A stretch of 64,000 nt of DNA, taken from contig OX597821.1 of NCBI GenBank assembly GCA_951406725.2, forward strand, positions 115,878,001 through 115,942,000. Reading direction: 5' to 3'. The notes beneath the pieces were generated by a model. That model worked only from the letters and a program-made list of their open reading frames with translations. It did no database searches and was not told the DNA's origin. Every line of letters starts with the position of its first letter. The first letter of the stretch is position 1. This DNA comes from Octopus vulgaris (lineage: Eukaryota). Below are positions 54,595-64,000 of the stretch, piece by piece. Position numbers and translations under genes: made by a program.

Positions 54595-54699
54595 GCAAGT
54601 GGACAACTTTTCATCTCTTTGAAATTTGAATTTCTTTGATGTTGTATTTTCTGGGTAATAAAAATAAAAAATTGCTCTAAGTTTAGAAATTGAAATCTT

Positions 54700-54942
54700 T
54701 TATCTTTAACTTGTTTTAGTCATTAGACCGTGACCATGCTGGAGCACCATCTTGAAGGGTTCTCATCGAACGAATCGACTCCAGGACATACATTTTAAAA
54801 TCTGGTGCTTATTCTATCAGTCAATCTTGTCGAATCACTCAATTAAGGATGATGGAAACAAACCGAAACCAGTTGTCAAGCAGTGGTGATGGGTAAACAC
54901 AAAGACACACACACAAATACACACGCACACACGCACACACAG

Positions 54943-54981
<39 letters not shown>

Positions 54982-55130
54982 ACAGTGAACTTCTTTCAGT
55001 TTCCGTCTACCAAATCTATTCACAAGGCTTTGGTCAGCCCGGAGCTATAATAAAAGACACTTGCCTAAGGTGCCACGCAGTGGGATTGAACCCGAAATGA
55101 TGTGATTGGGAAGCAAACTTCAAACCACAC
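54700..55130 (-). mobile_element. SINE family B, diverged (further fragments at about 3386-3480, 26262-26370, 27360-27510)
   Basis: ttctttcagtttccgtctaccaaat...cacttgcctaaggtgccacgcagtggga. Confidence 0.8.
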
Positions 55131-56140
55131 AATCAGTTTAACATATATCCCGTGAGCTCAGTCCAATAAGTAAATAGTTGGTAGAATATTAACTTGGAAT
55201 ATAGGAGAAGCAGTCAATTCCCACTGTTTGTACCTGATGGTTACTTTAAAGATATTTAAAATTTTAAATTTCTAATATTGATTTCATAGATTGGCTGAAG
55301 GTCATGTTTCTACAGAAGTGGCAAAATCGGTTCATCTGTCACTCGCAGATGATTAGAACTTGTATGTTCGACCCCGGAAGGATGAGCAAATAGAGTCAAA
55401 CTCTTGGGACTTTGAACTGTCATTGAAATTCAGCCTGAAATTCTATGATTTACTGATTCTGCAATTCCATTATCTCTCTTCTGTCATAGCATTTTAAGTC
55501 CAACATTAATTCTAAGTGGACAATCTTTAAAAAGACCAGATATACCACTGATCACATTTTTGAATAACAAAAACGGGGCTACAAAACATTATGTCCTCGG
55601 AGATTTCTGAAAGACAAGATTCCCCACGTTAATGAGTATCTAGTCTGATGTGTTGATGGATTTTCCATGGATCAAGACTGATATTGAGAATGTATTGGTC
55701 AGTATTAGGGGAACAATATATCTTAAATTGTAAAAATGAATGAGCATAGCGACGAAAAAAAGAAATCAAGAATTAATCTTTTACATTTAATTGCATGTTC
55801 GTTAGCAGATTTATGGAATTTATCGAGAAATTGTTTTGATGAAATATATCTTGAGCATCTCAACAAGTATCACCTGACTTTTAAGAGGGAAAAATTGAAG
55901 TCAACACTACAAAAACAAAAAGGAAAACCTCATAATTTATACTACTTTCTTATTTACTGTTGCGCGTTTTGCGTCTCGGTCTTGCAGTTGTATAGAGTCC
56001 CTGTATACATTTGTAGCTGTTTAACTATCAAAATAAGGATTAAATTTATCTTGCATATTATTTGATTAATGCTATAATGGGAATAGGGTGTATTATCAAA
56101 CAAGAGTTTTATTATATAATAATATGCTTGTTCATTACAG

Positions 56141-56227
56141 ACTCAAATGAATTTGGATATAATTGGTCGAAGTGAAGATGAACCGGAAGCTGGTCTAGAT
56201 GCAGTTCTACAAGCTATTTTGTGTCGT
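56141..56227 (+). CDS. Integrin beta subunit, beta-I exon (TQMNLDIIGRSEDEPEAGLDAVLQAILCR)
   Basis: DxPExGxDAxxQxxxC motif. ttacag| acceptor and |gtaagt donor. Confidence 0.93.
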
Positions 56228-57025
56228 GTAAGTCTACATAATAATTTATCTCAAGAATCTATACTTTAGATAATGTAAACCATACCATTTTACCCGAGGT
56301 GCACCATTGTATTATAGAGTAGAAACAAACAGTTATAGTCTTGGACTATAACCGTTTAGTTATCGAGTTAAAATCCGCCGCAACCATTTGGTGGTGAACT
56401 AAGAAAAAATATTTCATTACTTTATTCTAGATCTAGATGGTGTGAGTGGGTGAAGAACTGGAATAACCACCCAGTATAAACTGGCTTCCAAACTACGAAA
56501 TATTTCTCTCTCATCTACTTAATATTACAATGAACAGAATTAGGTGCAACACAATATTTCTATAGTTTTGGAAATGGTGTTGAAAGAAGTGCCATTTAGA
56601 TTTCGACCATGGCCAAAGTTTCTATTGCAATAACCCAAGCTTCCGTTATGTACATAGTCTCACCCATGACCCAAGCTTCTAGATTCCACTGTAGCCCAGA
56701 TTTATATCATTACGTGAGCTTTCATAATGGTTCAAAATTCAGTTAGGCCAAAGCACTATTATAGGTCAAGATTCTACTCTGGTCCAAGATTTTATTGCGT
56801 TCACAAAGCGTTCTTCGTAAATCATCAGCTGATTAATTCATTAAGACAATGAATATGAGCTTAAATGATAAGGTTTTGAACACAGCTCAGTGACACTGAC
56901 AAAACTCAACCCTCAAAGTGCTATTCTTGTGGAATGATGTCTCGCTGAAGTGGACAATTGCGGCTGCACGTCAAGTGGTTTGTCGTTCTTCTGGAAACAA
57001 CAAATTTGCCTTATTTTCTTTGCAG

Positions 57026-57109
57026 GATATCATTGGCTGGCGGAAATATTCCCGAAAACTGCTCTTACTTTTCTCTGATGCATTCGTTCATTTTGCTGGA
57101 GATGGAAAG
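57026..57109 (+). CDS. Integrin beta subunit, beta-I exon (DIIGWRKYSRKLLLLFSDAFVHFAGDGK)
   Basis: IGWR...LL...DA..HFAGDGK signature with canonical splice sites. Confidence 0.95.
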
Positions 57110-57410
57110 GTAATTATCAAACCCAAATTATAAAATATTTTTCTCTAGACATTCCAAAAGCCAAATTCTCATACATTATTTCATTCTTGGCTGAGCGGTT
57201 AAATACATATTATACCAACGAAATTAGAATTAGAAATACGGAAATAGTTACGGTCATGCACCAATTCTACTTCCGTTCTGTATCCGACAATCACACTTAC
57301 CGCATTATATATATTATATGTGTGTGTGTGTGTGCGTGCGCGGTACGTACGTGCATATGTGTGCACACTTGTGTGTGCGTGCGTGTGCATGTGTATGTAT
57401 AAGTATGTAC

Positions 57411-57446
<36 letters not shown>

Positions 57447-57459
57447 GTAAGCTTTGTTT

Positions 57460-58140
57460 GATCTATGTAATCTTCATTTTTTCTTGATATTTGATAGCGT
57501 ATATTAACTTCCTTGAAGAACATGTAAAGTGATTGTTTATAGTAAAAATCTGTCCTGATTTGAATTTGTATGTTGTGTCTTCAATGAAGTTGATGCAGGT
57601 CACGCAATGGGGGAGGCCACACTTTTTGATGGTTGGTGTTGGAATTGATGAAAGTAATTTAGCACTTGTGAGGAATTTTTTGAGAGACATTGTCTTTTAC
57701 TTTTGATTATTTTGTGTATTTCGAATGCTTGTTTCATTCTTGGGTCTTGTTTTAGTAGTGGGATGTTCTGGTGGATAATACTGTAAACCTCTGTGCTTTT
57801 GGGGTTGTGTTGTAATAAATGGTAGAGTATTGGATTATCTGGAGCGTTTTTCGCTTTTCGTACTTCGATATTTATCGTTCTTTTCCGTTGTCAACATTAA
57901 TGGATATTGTCTTTTAAGTAGAACTTGTTTTAGTTCCTGTAGTCTTTTATTGCGACTTTCAGGGTTTGAGACAATTTTGCAGATTTGCTTGCTAGCTTAA
58001 AGGGGATATTATTCTTCGTGTGTTTGGGATGACCTGAGGAGAGCAGTAAGTATTGTTTAGGGAGCACGAACCCTTGCAAAAGGACATGTCTTTGAGTTTG
58101 TTGGTGCCCCTGTGTGATATGTTTTTCATTTCCTAGGTGC
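57460..58140 (-). mobile_element. Penelope-like element fragment (RT end, linker, start of GIY-YIG endonuclease)
   Basis: QYLLLSSGHPKHTKNNIPFKLA and LKKFLTSAKL...KKCGLPHCVTC...FTCSSRKLIYAI. Confidence 0.8.
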
Positions 58141-58479
58141 AACTACACTAAATTTCAAATTGCGTCTATTGAAATTTTTTTTATATCTATCACCAGAAAG
58201 GAGATTTTAACTTATATTTTACATGATATGAAAGGAGAGTGTCGGCTATATGATATTAAGGTGCCTACTTTTCATTAATGGAATGAGAGTAAGACGTGCA
58301 GTTAACTTTTGACTCTGCTAACTAGGAAGGCTTTGTTGTAGAGGGGCTGGTTTATGAAATATTACCTTATTAAAGTTAAAATTCAAAACCCTTCCGCAGG
58401 CGTTGTTTATGTGTTTCACGTTAAAAAATCCGTTAGTTTAAAAATACATTGATACATGTTTAGCTATGCTGCCATAGAG

Positions 58480-59122
58480 AAGTTTTTCTTGCCATTTATC
58501 AGTGAGAATATCTAAGGCAGCAGTTTTAGCAGAGGTTTTCATAAGCTTAGCTTTTTCTGTGCTTGTTTCTTGAATTCTGGAATTTGTTGTATTCGGAATT
58601 CACTTATATATTCCTTTGCCTGTTTTGTTACTGAGTATGATGCTTTCTTGTTTTCATGTTTTGAGACAAGTTTTAACATCCAGTCCTCAGAGATTTTCAG
58701 GTAGGTGTCTAGGCCCATTGTAGCAATCTTCATTTTTATTGCCAGTTGTAAAAGTCCACGGCCTCCCTCTTTTCTTGGCAGGTAAAGTCGTTCTGTATCT
58801 GCCTTAGGGTGATTCATTCTATGCATTGTCAACAGTTTTTGTATTTTTCTGTCAAGATTACATATTTCAGTAATTGACCAGTTAACGATATTGAAACTGT
58901 AAGTCACGACTGGTATGGCTAATGCATTGATCGCTTCTATCCTGTTTCTCACATTCAGCTCTGTCTTGAGTATTGCTCTTACCCTGCGATAACATTCTTT
59001 TCTGATCCTTTCCCTCATCACTGAATGTTTGATTCTGTGCCCTTCAAATACCCCTAGGTATTTGTAGCTCTCCTGGTCCTAACTCCTTTATGGCATTCTG
59101 CTGGTCAAGGTTAACTTTAGAT
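58480..59122 (-). mobile_element. Dong/R4-clade LINE reverse transcriptase C-terminal fragment
   Basis: YKYLG...RRVRAILKTELN..N.I.AINALAIPVVTYSF..VNW...LDRKI.KLLT.HR..HPKAD.ERLYLPRKEGGRGL. Confidence 0.88.
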
Positions 59123-59132
59123 GTTTCTGTCA

Positions 59133-59165
<33 letters not shown>

Positions 59166-59242
59166 GTCATCGTCGTCGTCGTCGTCGTCGTCATCCATCA
59201 CCACTGCTTGACAACTGGTTTCGGTTTGTTTCCATCGCCCTT

Positions 59243-59358
<116 letters not shown>

Positions 59359-60160
59359 TATTATTATTATTATTATTGCCTTTGCACAGCTTCTAACGCT
59401 GGAGATGTACTACAGTGTCAGCTGTTCACTAACTGTAAACTAAAGTAACACCTCTTATTTTTCGAGCACCTTTCGGAGTATTCAAGCGGTTCCAAGCAGT
59501 GCTGTTTTCTGCAAGTGCTCCACCCTTATTGCAGCCACTATTTGTTCCACGTACTTCTCGAAATTTTTGCTCACTGTTCCCGGGGCTCCGACAATTATTG
59601 GTACTACTGCTACCTTTTTCATCGACCACAACTGCTTAACTTCCCAAGCTAACCATATTGCTTCTGGATGCCCAGTCCTGGCTAAGAAGGAATATATTCA
59701 CAAACACGACAAACTTGGGAAAAATGAAAAAAAGGCAACTTTAAAAATACATGAATGTAATTTGAGTCCATGTATGGATTTTGATATGAAGTCACATTGG
59801 GAGATAGTGATGATTTTGATTTTGATTGAGCAAATGTGTCTGTTGTTGGTAGGGTATAATTGTTTTATTCTATTTCTTCAGCACAAATTGTTTTGATGCA
59901 TCATGGCAGATTTTATGCCATGCAGGTTGAGCGAGGCAATAACTTTCCCATGATTTCAAATTAAGCTGTAGAGATTTTGGTGATTGCTTCAATTTATCCT
60001 CATACCTAAGGAAGGGTTCTGTTTTACCGCAGTATCCCTCTACTTATAGAAGGGTGAAAGTTGCAGGTGGTTTATTAGAAATTCAGATGTGGGGCAGTGT
60101 AGAATATCAGTATACTAATGTTGCTAGAATTGGTCTAGAGAGGAGGTGTCTGAAAAATGT

Positions 60161-60230
60161 CATAAGGTCATATTCATAAGGTCATATTCATAAGGTCATA
60201 TTCATAAGGTCATATTCATAAGGTCATATT
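60161..60230. repeat. 14-bp tandem repeat CATAAGGTCATATT x5
   Basis: Five perfect copies. Confidence 0.92.
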
Positions 60231-60286
60231 CATAGGCTAGAGTTTATAATAGGTTGTCTAGTGTATAATATAGAATAATGTGAAAA

Positions 60287-60580
60287 CGTGTGGCTTAGTG
60301 GTTAGGGAATGCGGCTCACGATCACAATGTTGTGAGTTCGATTCCCGGCGACGTGTTGTACTCTTGAGCAAGGCACTTTATTTTACGTTGCACCAGTTCA
60401 CTCAGCTGACAAAAATGAGTAGTTTCTGAATTTCAAAGGACTGGCCTTGTCATAGTCTGCGTCACGCTGAATCTCCCTGGGTACTACGTTAAGGGTACAC
60501 GTGTCTGTGGGGTGTTCGGCAGGCTGTTCCGTTGATTAGATCAACTGGAACCGTCGTCGTCGTAACCGACGGAATGCCAA
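60287..60580 (+). mobile_element. tRNA-derived SINE family C (related minus-strand copies at about 890-1012 and 49610-49920)
   Basis: A box TGGCTTAGTGG, B box GTTCGATTCC and cttgagcaaggcactt segment. Confidence 0.75.
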
Positions 60581-60657
60581 TACAGAATGATATCTCGTAA
60601 ATGATTATCAAATGAATGTCAAGATATTTTCAGACTCTAATAGAAATTGTTTTTCAG

Positions 60658-60732
60658 GCGGCTGGTCTTGTGATTCCTAACGATGAAAAATGTCATTTGA
60701 ATGAAGATGGAAAATACGTAAGGAATCATATG
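60658..60732 (+). CDS. Integrin beta subunit, beta-I exon (AAGLVIPNDEKCHLNEDGKYVRNHM)
   Basis: PNDxxCHL...Y motif. Donor ATG|gtacga, with an in-frame alternative TAC|gtaagg at 60717/60718. Confidence 0.9.
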
Positions 60733-62417
60733 GTACGATGAATTTTCTTTCATTTGGACATGTCAATATAAAAAAGTTAAATCTAAATTGTTAACCCAGT
60801 TCCTACTGCATGCATTTTACCATTTAAATAAACTAAAAGCTCAATGAACAATGGCTATTAAACAAACTTTTTACTGATGTCTACGTACTTGAGATATCAA
60901 TATTATTACATAGAGTTATTTGGCTAGGACCATCTTATTAATCCACTTTTTAAAATTAAGTGAACATAGATCTGAAGTAATCTTAAAGAAGAGGAATTGA
61001 CAGACTCATTTGCAAAACTCCACAACGAAAGAGGTTTTTTATTCTCACCGTAAATATCGTTGATCTGCAATAATTGTTTAATATAAGATTATTGAAGAAT
61101 TATTCTCGTTATTTTGAAAGGATAACGAAAATAGACACAATCGGATTGTGGACGATAGCAAATGACACGGAAGATAAAGTATATGATTCTGATAAAGTTG
61201 TATGTCTTGAACACGAACACAATACTAGTGACAGGATACGCAACTACAAAAAAAAAAAAAAGCCTTAAAGAATTTGAAGAGGAAAGAGTCATAGAATTTT
61301 GTTTCTCTGCTGGGTTTGAAGGAAGGAACAGTGACCAGTGCCTTCGCAAGCCGAGACCGTTTTTATTGATGCTGCTATTGTTCTTCTCGGACCATTGTAA
61401 GTCAACACTTAAAATACATGAGCAGAGAGAGTGAGTGAGAGAGAGTGAGAGAGAGTGAGAGAGATAGGGAGAGAGAAAGAGAGAGAGGAAGGGAGAAAGA
61501 GGAATAAAGGACTAGGCATATCAATTAGTGCGGGTCTAGACGTTTGAACACGACAAGGGTGATGAGAAGAGGAAAGATTGTTAAAAAGGAGTCGTCAGAT
61601 GAGTGATGTTTGTTAGTGAAATAACAGGAAGCGGAGGTTGCATGAATTCAAGTTGAAATTACAATGCGAACACCAAGAATACAAAAGCATCATTATGAAA
61701 CATACTACAGGATTGAGATCCATATTATGGAGAGCAGAATCGTTGTAGGGTGGCAATGAGTTCACAGCTATGTTTCGCATCTCTTCTCGTATCAAGTTAA
61801 CCCTTTGGAAGTGTGTGGGATCTGTTCGGCTCCAGAGTCCACGCATCTGTCAGTACAGCTTAATACACGAGATGAATACAAATACTTTTCAACGTCTAAG
61901 CGATTGTTTTATTTCGATTAGGCAGACGGTTCAACGGAGAAAGCAGAGACGTATTAAATGATGGTTAGAATATTAGTAAATCGACCCTGGAGAGACTTGA
62001 TAAAAGAATGTAGTGAGATGAAAAAATACTCTAAATTCTTGAAATAAATAGTTTTGACTTAAGCAGTCATTTTAAGGGGCGGGGGTTAAATCCGTCAACC
62101 TCTGTATTTTTAACTTCGAAAAGAGGAAAAACGAGATTTGAAACCAGAAGGAAATGAGCTTGAAGAAATACCATATAACGTCAGTCTATCAAACCTCTAA
62201 CGATTTCAATATTGGCCAAAAGGTCGACAATTTCGGACGAAAGGAAAAGTTCATTAAATTGATTCCACTAGTTTATATTTACTTATGTTTATCAACTCTG
62301 AATGCTGAAAGTAGACACCGAACGAATGTAGCTAAATACTGCAACACATTGGTTTATCGCTCCACCTAGGTCAACCATCAGCCATTCTAGTCTTAATTAT
62401 GCTACATAATTTTTCAG

Positions 62418-62600
62418 GATTTTGTCTCAATATCTCAGCTCAATCGGCATATCATGAGGGAGAAAGTAAATGTTATATTTGCCGTGACAGAAGAAATCGC
62501 ACCAAAATATCGTGTTTTAGAGAAAATGCTTGATGGTTCCGAAGTTGGTATATTTAACTCAGATGGTAATATTATCAATCTTATCCAAAATGTTTATGAT
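62418..62600 (+). CDS. Integrin beta subunit, end of beta-I domain (DFVSISQL...VIFAVTEE...VGIFNSDGNIINLIQNVYD)
   Basis: DYPS-like DFVS, IFAVT and N(V/I)IxLIxxxY motifs. ttttcag| and |gtaagt, 183 nt. Confidence 0.93.
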
Positions 62601-62930
62601 GTAAGTACTGTTTCATTGCTTCTAGTTACATGTAGATTTTTAAATATTAATTATTTTATTTTTGAAATCAAGTACAATTGCAAATCTTTTTCTCACATTT
62701 TCCCTCTCTACTCTCTCACACTCCAGGTTGTCTTTCCTTAATCCGCCCTCCTTCGTGCTTCTATTTCTCTTTAAATCTCTCTCTTTCTCTTTCTCTTTCT
62801 CTTTCTTCTCTCCTCTCTCCTTCGTGTCTGTCCCCCTCTTTCCCCTCTCTCTTCGTGTCTGTCCCTCTCTCAGCATATTTATTTACATGACTGTTCGATC
62901 TGTCATTTATTTTCTCTCTGTCTGTCTGTG

Positions 62931-63016
<86 letters not shown>

Positions 63017-63193
63017 CATCCATCCATCCATCCATCCATCCATCCATCTCTGTATATATGTACGTGTATATGTATTCTTGTCTATCTTTCAGTTTTTGTT
63101 TTCAACTTCATTCTGCTGTTTTATTTATATATATAGGGACTATATTTCTGTGATTCTTAGTTCTTACAGCTGATATAAACATTTTACTTTCAG

Positions 63194-63270
63194 AAAGTAA
63201 CATCTGAAATAGAATTCAAGATTTTTGCTCCAGAATATATTGAAGTCAACTTTAGTTCATCTTGTGGAGG
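63194..63270 (+). CDS. Integrin beta subunit, second hybrid segment (KVTSEIEFKIFAPEYIEVNFSSSCGG); gene continues past the window
   Basis: ctttcag| and GG|gttagt. K..S.(V/I)E....PE.(V/I).V.F.S.C pattern. Confidence 0.85.
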
Positions 63271-64000
63271 GTTAGTTTGGTCTTGTCACTCAGTTCTTCT
63301 TTTGAGTTTTTTTTGAGTACCTGATGATTTAGATGACATAAAGCAAAAGCAATATCCAGTGGTTGAAGACAGCAGAGTCATTTTAATCATTGGCTGAAAT
63401 CATTTCATTTTACTCGCTCTGCTAATTCTGGTACAAAGGCATGAACATGAAAATTTGAAACATATATTCCTTTGAAATTAAACCACAACTTTGTGTACTT
63501 GTGTGAAATACTGTAGAACAAGGGGGAAACTCATGGTGAGCTGAGACCATAACCAAATTTCAGTTTTCAGATCGATGAAAGTTTACCACGTTCTCGCTAA
63601 TGGTGCCTTCAAAATACTGGTAAAGTATGTATGTATGTATGTATGTATGTATGTATGTATGTATGTATGTATGTATGTATGTATGTATGTATGTATGTAT
63701 GTATGTACATGTGCATGTATATATATACTTATATGTATATATTTAGGTATATATGAAAGTTTGACAGAAAACAAATTTCGGAGGACCGGGATTTTTGAGA
63801 GAAGTAATCTCGAGGAGAGTTGGGTAGGACGGCTATTATTGGACGGAGGCAGCATTTCTCTTACTAGTGGAAGACATGCTAGTGTTAGGAGAAATAGAGG
63901 AGGAAACACTAAATATGTGGGCTTTTAACTAGCGTGATGCTGAGTGAGCTATCTACATACTTTATGATATGCTTGTTTGTTCCTTCTCGAGCCATGCCTG

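Noticed and set aside
61074-61434. ORFs with transposase-like composition
   Set aside because: No diagnostic motif or terminal repeat recognised. Possibly old TE debris.

Overview
AT-rich, microsatellite-dense eukaryotic DNA. The SINE families and repeat landscape point to an octopus/coleoid cephalopod (inference). There are two genes, both on +. (1) A NeuroD-family bHLH gene whose recognisable CDS lies in one exon (5122-6567) behind a splice acceptor, followed by a TE-free putative 3' UTR. (2) A large multi-exon integrin beta-like gene, from at least 28496 to beyond the window end. I reconstructed it by hand from 19 exons in one open frame: 8 symmetric phase-1 mini-exons encoding about 218 aa of Ser/Thr/Pro/Glu-rich mucin-like sequence, then PSI, hybrid and beta-I domains. 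Its metal-binding sites are altered (DCSVTMKGH, no ADMIDAS Asp pair, SyMBS Asn to Ser), it lacks the disulfide specificity loop, and one intron probably uses a GC donor. The signal-peptide exon was not found. The rest is mobile DNA: tRNA-derived SINEs, Dong/R4-type LINE fragments in (TAA)n, RTE and Penelope fragments, a DD37D/maT-like transposon, mariner, piggyBac-like and hAT-like MITEs, and a solo LTR. Several minimal type I hammerhead ribozyme motifs are visible, one inside a tRNA-headed SINE-like element with Penelope-style inverted duplication. Most ORFs in the supplied track are microsatellite artefacts. All exon and structure calls were made by eye.
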